From IMG/VR virus record IMGVR_UViG_3300023174_000050, positions 1-64,000 of that record: DNA of 64,000 nt; one strand, 5' to 3'. Positions 37,508 through 45,820 of the stretch are shown here, piece after piece. The stretch's first letter is position 1, and each line of letters starts with the position of its first letter. The notes beneath the pieces are model-generated. The model was not told where the DNA came from and made no database searches. It saw only the letters and a list, made by a program, of their open reading frames with translations. The DNA comes from a virus. Position numbers and translations under genes: made by a program.

Positions 37508-37515
37508 TATAAATA
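37508..37515 (+). promoter_or_regulatory. T4-type late promoter inside early region
   Basis: TATAAATA followed by AAAAGG and ATG 37533. Confidence 0.5.
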
Positions 37516-37532
37516 ACTAAAAAGGTTTTGAC

Positions 37533-37733
37533 ATGAGAATTCATTCCGCAGAAGTTGTCCCCACCATTAATCTTGTAACTGAGCTTAGACGTACAGATGC
37601 AGATTCTTTACCTCAAAGAGTAGAAGTGAAAAATACGCAATTTGTCGCGACAGTTGCAGACATCATTTATACACAAAGAGCCTTCATACAGGCCATTAAA
37701 GTCAAGGGATCTCAGCTCGACGTCACCCTTTAA
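37533..37733 (+). CDS. Hypothetical protein
   Basis: 66-aa ORF after late promoter. Confidence 0.5.
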   Translation: MRIHSAEVVPTINLVTELRRTDADSLPQRVEVKNTQFVATVADIIYTQRAFIQAIKVKGSQLDVTL

Positions 37734-37815
37734 AAGGTAAAACCTTTTTATTACCTTTAATAACCACACACTCAATAAGGTTTTCCTTGACAGGGTCTCC
37801 AAAAGCAATTATAAT
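37731..37815 (+). promoter_or_regulatory. Early promoter module
   Basis: Same 23-nt TAAAAGGTAAAACCTTTTTATTA as 35242; TTGACA(37787)-17-TATAAT. Confidence 0.8.
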
Positions 37816-37821
37816 TATGGC

Positions 37822-38157
37822 ATGAACAGCAAAAAGGAACAGATGATGAAATTGCATATTTGGACTCAGGATCAAGAGAACTACGGTGCTCATGATTGGG
37901 ACGGCAAAGGTGAATGCCCTGAGTATTGGAAGATGAAAGGCGGCGAAGACTTTTTCGTCAAAGGCATTAAGAACGATACTGAGGCCACTACAGCAGTCAT
38001 GGCTCTCCGTAGCTCTATCGAAGAGAACAGCCAATATTTCCGTCGAGAGGTAATCGGATGGGAATTGGTTTCTAACGACTATATGACAGACTTTGAAAAG
38101 TCTCAGTTTGAGCATGAAGGTCAGATCAGATTCAAAGCAAAGGAATTGGTATGGTAA
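37822..38157 (+). CDS. Conserved phage hypothetical protein
   Basis: ENYGAHDWDGKGECPEYWKMKGG; alternative start 37843. Confidence 0.72.
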   Translation: MNSKKEQMMKLHIWTQDQENYGAHDWDGKGECPEYWKMKGGEDFFVKGIKNDTEATTAVMALRSSIEENSQYFRREVIGWELVSNDYMTDFEKSQFEHEGQIRFKAKELVW

Positions 38158-38363
38158 TTGATTATGGAATGTTTACTGCGGATGGCAACAACCGCGTACA
38201 TAAGATTGTAGAGTTTGCCAAAGACAGTCTATTGGATTGGCAAGATGCCTATCAGATGCTAGAGGCATTGTCAAAGAAGGAAGGTTTCGAAGAAGCAACA
38301 GACACAATGGTTCGTGAACTGGTTTACGATGCTTGTGAGTTTACATCAGATTTTTACATTTAA
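38151..38363 (+). CDS. Hypothetical early protein
   Basis: YGMFTADGN...EATDT.VRE.VY. Confidence 0.62.
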   Translation: MVIDYGMFTADGNNRVHKIVEFAKDSLLDWQDAYQMLEALSKKEGFEEATDTMVRELVYDACEFTSDFYI

Positions 38364-38374
38364 GGAGTTAGTAT

Positions 38375-38539
38375 ATGAATACGGAAAACGATTTTTTGGT
38401 TGCGGTTATAGGTTTTGTAGTGTTTTTTGGTATGTTTTTCGGCGTGATGGCATATTGCGAAACCGCAAAAGCAGATTGTAGAACTGCTGCAATACAAAAG
38501 GGAATGACTGCGATAGAGATTCAAGGTGTGTGCAAATGA
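38375..38539 (+). CDS. Small membrane protein (54 aa, not in ORF track)
   Basis: AAGGAG SD; TM helix; two Cys. Confidence 0.55.
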   Translation: MNTENDFLVAVIGFVVFFGMFFGVMAYCETAKADCRTAAIQKGMTAIEIQGVCK

Positions 38540-38721
38540 GCAAGTTTGAAGCAATGGCATTGAGTGTGGCGTTTGCAGTTATAGTTGTCTTAGTTGCACC
38601 AATAGCCACAATATGGGCATTGAACACTTTATTTCCCAGTTTGGCTATACCACTTACATTTGAAACATGGGGTGCTGTTGTAATTTTATTCGGTGCCGGC
38701 AAGGCATCTATTACTAAATGA
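38536..38721 (+). CDS. Small membrane protein
   Basis: Two hydrophobic helices. Confidence 0.55.
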   Translation: MSKFEAMALSVAFAVIVVLVAPIATIWALNTLFPSLAIPLTFETWGAVVILFGAGKASITK

Positions 38722-38987
38722 ACAACGAACTAGAGCCAGGATGCTTGGCTATCATTATCGAATCAGTATTTGGACAATCGGTTGGTCAAATAGTACAATG
38801 TATTCGAGTAAAGGGCCAGCATTCGCTATATGGCCCAGTATGGTTAGTCAGATCACAGAATGAGCTGGTGTCCGAGTATGGCGGCAAAGGCCATACCATA
38901 GATGTACCTGCAAAATGGTTAAAGAAGATTAATCCAGATGATTTGGAAAGAAAGACTGACAAAAATATAGAACTTACCACGGAGTAA
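38718..38987 (+). CDS. Hypothetical early protein
   Basis: LEPGCLAIII...WLKKI. Confidence 0.6.
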   Translation: MNNELEPGCLAIIIESVFGQSVGQIVQCIRVKGQHSLYGPVWLVRSQNELVSEYGGKGHTIDVPAKWLKKINPDDLERKTDKNIELTTE

Positions 38988-38989
38988 AA

Positions 38990-39220
38990 ATGGATATCGA
39001 CACTTTTATAGATAGTAATAGTTTTAACGTACAGTTTCAGTTCCCTAATCATGATTTAACTGAAGAAGATCATTACATAGAGTATCCTAAGATGTTTTCT
39101 GAGAACATTGTATATGATACTATCAATAGGGATCTTGAAACAGTATATGTGTATATGAAAGACGGTGAACCTGTAGCATGGTTTAACTGTAAGCAATTGT
39201 ATGGCTACATCAAAGTATAA
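38990..39220 (+). CDS. Hypothetical early protein
   Basis: GGAG SD; acidic. Confidence 0.6.
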   Translation: MDIDTFIDSNSFNVQFQFPNHDLTEEDHYIEYPKMFSENIVYDTINRDLETVYVYMKDGEPVAWFNCKQLYGYIKV

Positions 39221-39458
39221 GTCAGAAGATCTACATCTGGGTGTTCCCGAGGTTCACCCATATAGTAATGTTCCGAAATCTCATCCAAAAGGAGGACTGG
39301 AAATGTTTTTAGATTTTTTAGTGGTATTGTTAACTATAGGTGTCTGTTGGTTAATAGCAGAAGTTATAGTTTGGTTAATATTTAATTAGAAAGCGAAAAC
39401 CATGAGAAAGCGTGAGATTATGAAAAGGATTCGTTTTGAGTGGATTCGAAAATTGTGC

Positions 39459-39487
39459 TTGACTTCTAAATCAAAAGGCATTATAAT
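39459..39487 (+). promoter_or_regulatory. Sigma70 early promoter
   Basis: TTGACT-17-TATAAT. Confidence 0.75.
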
Positions 39488-39513
39488 TAAGATCTAGTAA
39501 CTCGGAGAATACT

Positions 39514-39912
39514 ATGCAGACACAGCAACAACACTTTCAGTATATGTTTTCAGCTATCAACAAAGTATATGACAAGTACTCTGATGATGCAGATGTGAAG
39601 CATTTGTACTATGCATTCAATAAACTTCAGACCAACACAAACGAGGGCAACATTGTGCATCAAATAACTGACAAAGAATCTGAGAAAATTAACAACACTA
39701 AAGTTTATACTATAGACTACAGTGATCGTGAGTATTCTGATGAGTTAGAAGTGTTAGCTGAACTGGCTATTTTTAACGAGACACAGTTTTATGCATCGCG
39801 TGATCTAGGTGGCTTAACTGTTTACTATGCTAAGCCAGAAAATAACGAGCCAGCTAAGCTAGTAGCATTCTATGACTATGAGCAACAACGTGGAACAGTT
39901 TTTGAAGATTGA
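39514..39912 (+). CDS. Hypothetical early protein
   Basis: GGAG SD; GGLTVY...VAFYDYE. Confidence 0.65.
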   Translation: MQTQQQHFQYMFSAINKVYDKYSDDADVKHLYYAFNKLQTNTNEGNIVHQITDKESEKINNTKVYTIDYSDREYSDELEVLAELAIFNETQFYASRDLGGLTVYYAKPENNEPAKLVAFYDYEQQRGTVFED

Positions 39913-40199
39913 TAATGAAAGTAATAATCAATAAATGTTATGGTGGATTTGGTCTTAGTAAAGAAGCTGAGAACAAATACAAGGAACTAGCTGGTATCTC
40001 AGATCCAAACTTTTACGACCGTAGCATTGCAAGAGACGATGCGCATTTGATTGCGCTGGTTGAGCTGATGGGATCAGAGGCCAGCGGTAGGTATGCTGAC
40101 TTAAGGATTGTGGAAATTCCAGATGACATTAAGTGGTACATCGAGGAATATGATGGATTGGAATGGGTGGCAGAAACACATAGGACTTGGGGTCAATAA
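39909..40199 (+). CDS. Conserved phage hypothetical protein
   Basis: KVIINKCYGGFGLS...LRIVEIPDD..WYIEEYDGLEWVAE. Confidence 0.75.
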   Translation: MIMKVIINKCYGGFGLSKEAENKYKELAGISDPNFYDRSIARDDAHLIALVELMGSEASGRYADLRIVEIPDDIKWYIEEYDGLEWVAETHRTWGQ

Positions 40200-40381
40200 T
40201 GAACACCATTGTATTTGTTTTGATTGTGTTAAACAGTAATGGGCATTTTACCAATACAGTGATTCCCACAATGGAATTTAATACCTTTGAAAAATGTGAA
40301 CAGGCTATTCGTGCATTTGAAACAGATGCAAAGGGTAAAAAAGGATATGTGGATATGCGATGTGTAAGGATTGAAAAATGA
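40199..40381 (+). CDS. Small secreted-like protein
   Basis: Hydrophobic N-terminus; F...EKC...C pattern. Confidence 0.5.
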   Translation: MNTIVFVLIVLNSNGHFTNTVIPTMEFNTFEKCEQAIRAFETDAKGKKGYVDMRCVRIEK

Positions 40382-40504
40382 AAAAATATTTGGACCCGGA
40401 TTTTATTATAATGTTTTTATGGTTTATTATACTACAGCCTTTGATATTCTTTTTGTCTATGGGTGTCTTCTTATCAGCAGTGTACCAAAGCATTTGGGGA
40501 TAAT

Positions 40505-40711
40505 ATGAACAATCGAATCAAAGAACTTGAAAAACAATGCTGGAGTCATCGTGTTGACGGAGTTCTGGTAGACGGACATTTGCATTTTGATACGCAAAAG
40601 TTTGCCGAGTTGATTGTAAAGGAATGTGCTCTTACCGCAGGTTTGATGGAGCATGAAGGTCGCAAAGGTATCGGCGCACAAATATTAGATAATTTTGGAG
40701 TTGAAGAATGA
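40505..40711 (+). CDS. Hypothetical protein, paralog of 40708-40908
   Basis: MNNRIKEL...FAELIVKEC...FGVEE. Confidence 0.65.
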   Translation: MNNRIKELEKQCWSHRVDGVLVDGHLHFDTQKFAELIVKECALTAGLMEHEGRKGIGAQILDNFGVEE

Positions 40712-40908
40712 ACGAGCGCATTAGATCCCTTGCAAGACAAAGCCATTTAGATGTATATGGACTTGGTCTAGATAAAGTCAAATGGGAAGCTGTCCTAGGA
40801 CAGTTCGCCGAGTCAATTGTCAGGGAATGTGCTGATATAGCAACAATGAATCAATATCAGCCTTTGACTGCTGGTACATATGTTCTTAAACATTTTGGAG
40901 TTGAATAA
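40708..40908 (+). CDS. Hypothetical protein, paralog of 40505-40711
   Basis: MNERIRSL...FAESIVREC...HFGVE. Confidence 0.65.
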   Translation: MNERIRSLARQSHLDVYGLGLDKVKWEAVLGQFAESIVRECADIATMNQYQPLTAGTYVLKHFGVE

Positions 40909-41074
40909 TGTGGTCATTAATTATAGCGTTTATGATAGATACAGTCCCCGTTGAAGCACGGTACATTCAGTTGGCTGAAATGAAGACATATCAAGAGTGT
41001 AAAGATCTATCTAATATACTTAGGAAACATGGGCTCAACGGTGATACCTTTCTATTCTGTGTGGAGAAACAATA

Positions 41075-41266
41075 ATGGCAAATAAAAGAGTAAAAATAGA
41101 ACTATATGCAGAAGCACCTTATATGCAGGGTTATGCATCAGGATTGGCAACGGAACAATTCTTTAATCCATATGCTGATGTAGAAAATGCAGAAGCTGAT
41201 GCTGAGGACTATGAGCGAGGTTACGAGAATGCTAAAGACGTAGAGAAAAATGATACTAAATACTGA
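41075..41266 (+). CDS. Small acidic hypothetical protein
   Basis: GGAG SD; Y..GY repeats. Confidence 0.55.
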   Translation: MANKRVKIELYAEAPYMQGYASGLATEQFFNPYADVENAEADAEDYERGYENAKDVEKNDTKY

Positions 41267-41930
41267 CAAGTATGTAGAACAAAGAATAGTTGAGTCGAGA
41301 AAGCAGGCACAGTACAGCCAACCTCCAGCAAACAGCTGGGATAACATCACAGATTACATTACATATACGCCGAATTGGCTGCATGCCGACGGTAGAATAT
41401 ACGCATCTGCCCCAGGTGAAGAGTATAGAGTAGCAGAAGTCAGCCCATATAATCCGAAGTTTGAGACGCAAATCGAAGCGGGAGTCTGGCCTATAGTAAA
41501 TGCATTGGTAAATAAGGGATATCTAACTTGTGCAAGTTGCGAAGGACACGGCAGAGATTTGGATTGTTTCGTAAGTTTAGTCACACCAACACTCGAATCA
41601 GCAATAGAACTAGTCAATCTACTAAAAATCGACCCTTGGAAAATAACAGTAAAGACTGACAGATCAATCTGGGATTATACATCTGCTCTGAAAACAACTA
41701 AAAATACATTAGGTAGAGACGAATTAAAATTAAAAGTGTTTCCATATTATAATCGAATCTTTCGCCGAAACTACGATGAATACTTCTATATAGATATGCA
41801 TTTGGCCAAGTATAGCGGATATGGTTTTATATGGAATTGGTTTACAAAGACACCGAGCAAGAAATATAAAACGGCAATGGAACAGATGACGGATCATATA
41901 ACGAACAAACTACCGTATTCAATATATTAG
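41250..41930 (+). CDS. Hypothetical protein with GYLTCASCEGH motif
   Basis: 226-aa ORF; function unknown. Confidence 0.6.
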   Translation: MILNTDKYVEQRIVESRKQAQYSQPPANSWDNITDYITYTPNWLHADGRIYASAPGEEYRVAEVSPYNPKFETQIEAGVWPIVNALVNKGYLTCASCEGHGRDLDCFVSLVTPTLESAIELVNLLKIDPWKITVKTDRSIWDYTSALKTTKNTLGRDELKLKVFPYYNRIFRRNYDEYFYIDMHLAKYSGYGFIWNWFTKTPSKKYKTAMEQMTDHITNKLPYSIY

Positions 41931-41953
41931 TTTGTTGCATAATAAATAACTAT

Positions 41954-42814
41954 ATGCAAAAGACATATAGATCGATATTTATAAGCGATGTTCATCTGGG
42001 CACCAAAGATTGCCAGGCTGATAAACTAAATAATTTTCTAAAGCATAATACATGCGACACACTGTATCTGGTGGGCGATATAATAGATGCCTGGAAAATA
42101 CAGCAAAACCGATGGCGTTGGAAACAATCACACACCAACGTAGTACGTAGAATACTGGGACATGCCAAGCGCGGCACTAAAGTAATATTCATTGCAGGAA
42201 ATCACGATGAATTCTTAAGACCAATGATACCGTATGGTTTCAGTTTTGGTCTAATAGAAATACACAATCAAATAGAACATATAGGCGCAGATGGATTACA
42301 CTATCTGGTTGTACATGGAGACATGTTTGATGGCATAACACGACTAGCACCATGGCTATCATTTTTAGGAGATAAAGCCTATGATTTCATTCTTAGTCTC
42401 AATAGCAAACTTGCTTGGATTCGTCACCGTATGGGTTTTGGGTACTTTAGCCTTAGCCGTTTTCTTAAGCACCGAGTCAAAAAAGCAGTAGATTTCATCT
42501 TCAAGTTCGAAGAGAATCTGGCTCAGTATTGTAAAAAGCGTGGCTTTGATGGTGTGATTTGCGGTCACATACATCATGCTGAGATTAAGGAAATCGACGG
42601 TGTGGCATATATGAACGACGGAGACTGGGTAGAGAGTTGTACAGCATTAGTTGAACACCACGATGGTCGTTGGGAAATAGTAACTTGGACAAGGGAGAAT
42701 GACAATGAAGGTAAACAGATTAATCAGGAAAATGTACAAAGCAATACTAAGGGGCGACAAAAACAAAGAACGACGCCTTTGGTTCAAGGCAATGAGAAAG
42801 TCATTAAAGCATAA
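41954..42814 (+). CDS. plcP: PlcP-like phospholipase C (LpxH-like metallophosphoesterase)
   Basis: SDVHLG, LVGDIID.W, GNHD, HGD.FD, CGHIH, YMNDGDWVESCTALVE; adjacent GT4. Confidence 0.8.
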   Translation: MQKTYRSIFISDVHLGTKDCQADKLNNFLKHNTCDTLYLVGDIIDAWKIQQNRWRWKQSHTNVVRRILGHAKRGTKVIFIAGNHDEFLRPMIPYGFSFGLIEIHNQIEHIGADGLHYLVVHGDMFDGITRLAPWLSFLGDKAYDFILSLNSKLAWIRHRMGFGYFSLSRFLKHRVKKAVDFIFKFEENLAQYCKKRGFDGVICGHIHHAEIKEIDGVAYMNDGDWVESCTALVEHHDGRWEIVTWTRENDNEGKQINQENVQSNTKGRQKQRTTPLVQGNEKVIKA

Positions 42815-42836
42815 GCATACTGAAGTTATACGATGA
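42699..42836 (+). CDS. Small basic protein overlapping plcP 3' end (45 aa)
   Basis: AAGGGAG SD; MTMKVNRLIRKMYKAILRG...; stop overlaps GT start (ATGA). Confidence 0.5.
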   Translation: MTMKVNRLIRKMYKAILRGDKNKERRLWFKAMRKSLKHKHTEVIR

Positions 42837-43828
42837 AAACGATTTTAATTATAACCGATAATCTACCGGATCAAATAAATGGCGTTGTCACGACTTACAA
42901 AAACATTGAGATTTGCGCGTCTCGTGACGGTTATAACGTTGTGGTGCTTCATCCCGGGTGGTTCCGCTACTTTAATTGCCCTGGCTACAACGAAGTCAAG
43001 ATTGCCTATCCCCGGCAAATGGGCAAGAAGATTGCGGAGATACGTCCGGATTATATCCACATCGCCACAGAAGGTCCTCTTGGTTTGTGGGCTAGAAAGT
43101 ATCTTTCATTATGTAATTATCGCTACAATACCGCTTATCATACTAAGTTTCCAGAAGGACTTAATAAACTATTTGGAATACCTGAAGCATTTACTTGGCC
43201 TTTAGTACGTTGGTTTCATAAGCATTCCGGCAAGGTCCTGACGACCACAAACACAATGGTAAATGAACTAAGGAACCATGGCTTTGACGGCGAAGTAATA
43301 CCATGGACCCGAGGAGTAGATAGAGATATATTTAACCCGACGCACAGAGTAAACACTATTAGCAAGTATATACTATGCGTATCACGCGTCAGTAAAGAAA
43401 AGAACCTTGAAGACTTTCTAAGTCTTGACTACCCGGGATATCTCAAAGTAATGGTAGGCGACGGCCCCATGCTGGATGCATATAAGAAAAAGTATTCAGA
43501 CGTACACTTTACAGGCTACAAAACGGGTAAAGATCTGGCACAGTATTACGCAAACGCAGAAGTATTTGTATTTCCAAGTAAATGGGAGACTTTTGGAATT
43601 GTAATGATCGAAGCCATGGCCTGCGGAACTCCTGTAGCAGCATATAACGTAACGGGCCCAAAAGACGTAATAGATCAAGGAATAACAGGCTATATGGATA
43701 CTTCATTAAGTACAGCAATAGATAAGTGTTTAAAGTTGGATAGAAACAACGTACATAAAGCAAGCTATAGATGGTCATGGGAAAACGCGTGGCGAATATT
43801 TAAAGATAATCTTATAAGTAAAGTATAA
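42833..43828 (+). CDS. GT4 glycosyltransferase, Agt-like diacylglycerol glycosyltransferase
   Basis: ITDNLPDQINGVVTT, IHIATEGPLG, YHTKFPE, RGVD, VSRVSKEKN, FVFPSKWETFGIVMIEAMACGTPV. Confidence 0.85.
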   Translation: MKTILIITDNLPDQINGVVTTYKNIEICASRDGYNVVVLHPGWFRYFNCPGYNEVKIAYPRQMGKKIAEIRPDYIHIATEGPLGLWARKYLSLCNYRYNTAYHTKFPEGLNKLFGIPEAFTWPLVRWFHKHSGKVLTTTNTMVNELRNHGFDGEVIPWTRGVDRDIFNPTHRVNTISKYILCVSRVSKEKNLEDFLSLDYPGYLKVMVGDGPMLDAYKKKYSDVHFTGYKTGKDLAQYYANAEVFVFPSKWETFGIVMIEAMACGTPVAAYNVTGPKDVIDQGITGYMDTSLSTAIDKCLKLDRNNVHKASYRWSWENAWRIFKDNLISKV

Positions 43829-43851
43829 GGCCTTATTATAGGCCTTTTTTT
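43827..43851 (+). terminator. Intrinsic terminator
   Basis: AAGGCCT-TATTAT-AGGCCTT plus T run. Confidence 0.8.
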
Positions 43852-43859
43852 ACGGCTAA

Positions 43860-44190
43860 ATGATTAGTTGTACTGAGAGTTGAATCAAATAGTTGCTTAT
43901 AGAGTTGTGCGTAGAGTTGCTTATACAATATAAGATGCTGCTAGCGTTAGAGTTAGCAATATAAGATGCTGCTGAGGTTATTGCAATCGAGCCTATATTA
44001 GACGGTATTTATGTGGTAGAAAAGAGCGAATACGTAGCAATTACGAAGAATCCCACAGAGTCTTGATGTTTATTATAGTTCTTGATTTCTTAAAACAGAA
44101 TTATTATAAAGCTTTCTGTTTAATCTCCAGGCGAAATATAACACCTTTCTATTATAATAAGAAATTATTAATCTAGTTTGGCTGGTTTGC
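43860..44190. repeat. Non-coding region with short direct repeats
   Basis: CAATATAAGATGCTGCT x2, AGTTGCTTATA x2, several AGAGTT; no ORF. Confidence 0.55.
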
Positions 44191-44211
44191 ACACTTGCAC
44201 AGAGACCCGTT

Positions 44212-44266
44212 ACCCTACTCAGTTAAAGGGTCTTTGCTTGACGGGGTATCCAAATTGTGCTATAAT
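44212..44266 (+). promoter_or_regulatory. Early promoter with upstream palindrome
   Basis: ACCCT-N10-AGGGT; TTGACG-17-TATAAT. Confidence 0.78.
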
Positions 44267-44296
44267 AGAGGCATGAACAGAAACAAGGAGCAGAAC

Positions 44297-44584
44297 ATGA
44301 GAACCCCATTTTTTATTGTAGCAATACGATGCGAGTATACCGGCAACCCTGTAGCAGCTACTATGCAAGTGTTCTCAGACCGCGAGGATGCATATGAAGC
44401 GGTTCGTGCGTACGAGCGCGCAGACCCAGGGCAAGGTGCGCAGGTCTGGGTCGAGCAACCCGTCGGTGGCTTTAAAGCAGTAGCGATGGTCGAGAACGAC
44501 GAAGTTGTGTATTTTAACGAAGATGACGATGACGGTCAGCCCGACGAAGCTCAAGAATGGCACAGCTATGACCCTGATTGCTAA
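44297..44584 (+). CDS. Hypothetical early protein with acidic tail
   Basis: AAGGAG SD; alternative in-frame leaderless ATG 44273; ends QPDEAQEWHSYDPDC. Confidence 0.65.
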   Translation: MRTPFFIVAIRCEYTGNPVAATMQVFSDREDAYEAVRAYERADPGQGAQVWVEQPVGGFKAVAMVENDEVVYFNEDDDDGQPDEAQEWHSYDPDC

Positions 44585-44624
44585 AGGGTCATAGCTTGAC
44601 AGTTTGGTCAGAATGTGCTATAAT
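44571..44624 (+). promoter_or_regulatory. Early promoter with upstream palindrome
   Basis: ACCCT-N9-AGGGT; TTGACA-17-TATAAT. Confidence 0.8.
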
Positions 44625-44657
44625 TGAGACATAATTTAAAGAGAAAAGGAAATTAAA

Positions 44658-44810
44658 ATGCAAGATTCACAAAAGCAACAATTAGACAGCTTATTAATTA
44701 GCGTGCAAAATGCTTTAGACGAACTCGGTTTAGACGAAAATGATGCTGTGCAAAATGCATTTAATGCTTTAGCATGTGCTATTGAAAATAATAGTAACCC
44801 TACAGACTGA
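44658..44810 (+). CDS. Small acidic helical protein (50 aa, not in ORF track)
   Basis: AAGGA SD directly after promoter. Confidence 0.55.
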   Translation: MQDSQKQQLDSLLISVQNALDELGLDENDAVQNAFNALACAIENNSNPTD

Positions 44811-44858
44811 AGGGTTATTTGAAAAAGATTTGACAAGTTAGCCAAAAGCACATATAAT
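44797..44858 (+). promoter_or_regulatory. Early promoter with upstream palindrome
   Basis: AACCCT-N9-AGGGTT; TTGACA(44830)-17-TATAAT. Confidence 0.8.
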
Positions 44859-44864
44859 TACGGC

Positions 44865-45791
44865 ATGAACAGAAACAAGGAACAGACAATGAATATAGTG
44901 ATCAAACACAACCCCGGTAAGAATCGTTACGAGGGTTTTGTCGACGGCAAAATGGTTTCGCGTTCACGTCACGAATCATATGTAAAAGACCAGTTAGCTA
45001 AGCTGGGTTTTAGCGTAGGCGAGACACAGAACAATGTTACTGAGAAAGCATCAGAATTTGGTATCAACGAGCGCTTTAGCTTCGTAGAGCAGATGGTCGG
45101 CATGGTCGCTAAAAAGACAATTGCATCAGCAATTATCACAGGTCAGGGCGGCCTGGGTAAGACGCACACGGTGTTGAAAGCTCTTAAGACCAACGGCATG
45201 GCAGACACCACAGATCTCGCTAAGTTCGAGATTGGTGCTCGCATTAATACACCTAAGTCATATCGGGTGATCAAAGGCTTCTCTACAGCAAAGGGCCTGT
45301 ATCGTACGCTGTTCGAAGGCAACGGCCAGGTGCTGGTGTTCGATGACTGTGACAGTGTGTTGACAGACCCCGTAGCATTGAATTTGCTTAAAGGTGCTCT
45401 TGACTCATACGGCGAGCGCTGGATCTCCTGGAACGCAGATATGAAGGACGAGGATCTGCCTAGGTCATTCAAGTTCACAGGTACGATCATTTTCATCTCG
45501 AACAAAGACCTCGAGCGTTTAGACCAAGCAGTTCGTTCGCGAGCAATGTGCGTTGACCTAAGCATGACACAAGGTCAAAAGATCGAGCGCATGGAAGTAC
45601 TTGTAGCAGACCCCGAGTTTCTCGAGGATTACAGCACAGCCTACAAAGCAGACGCAATCAACTTTTTGCGTGACAACATGAACAGCATCAAGAATTTGAG
45701 TTTGCGTACTCTGATAGCAGCGACAAAGATTCGTGCAGAGGGTGGCAATTGGAAGAACTTGGCTAAGTATGTTATTACTCAAGGTGCGTAA
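44865..45791 (+). CDS. AAA+-type P-loop ATPase
   Basis: Walker A GQGGLGKT; Walker B VLVFDDCD; AVRSRAM; alternative start 44889. Confidence 0.85.
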   Translation: MNRNKEQTMNIVIKHNPGKNRYEGFVDGKMVSRSRHESYVKDQLAKLGFSVGETQNNVTEKASEFGINERFSFVEQMVGMVAKKTIASAIITGQGGLGKTHTVLKALKTNGMADTTDLAKFEIGARINTPKSYRVIKGFSTAKGLYRTLFEGNGQVLVFDDCDSVLTDPVALNLLKGALDSYGERWISWNADMKDEDLPRSFKFTGTIIFISNKDLERLDQAVRSRAMCVDLSMTQGQKIERMEVLVADPEFLEDYSTAYKADAINFLRDNMNSIKNLSLRTLIAATKIRAEGGNWKNLAKYVITQGA

Positions 45792-45820
45792 TTATAACAC
45801 CAAAAGGGGCTGGGGTCAAT

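Noticed and set aside
41900-41953. Pho box upstream of plcP (and of phoH at 61168-61250)
   Set aside because: No convincing CTGTCAT-type direct repeats seen by eye
41954-42814. True LpxH lipid A enzyme
   Set aside because: GNHD instead of GNRD and an adjacent Agt-like GT favour PlcP; LpxH is not fully excluded without a phylogeny
43860-44190. CRISPR-like mini-array
   Set aside because: Repeats are only 11-17 nt, occur twice, are irregularly spaced, and there are no cas genes; the Cas4-like gene at 63014 is a common phage exonuclease
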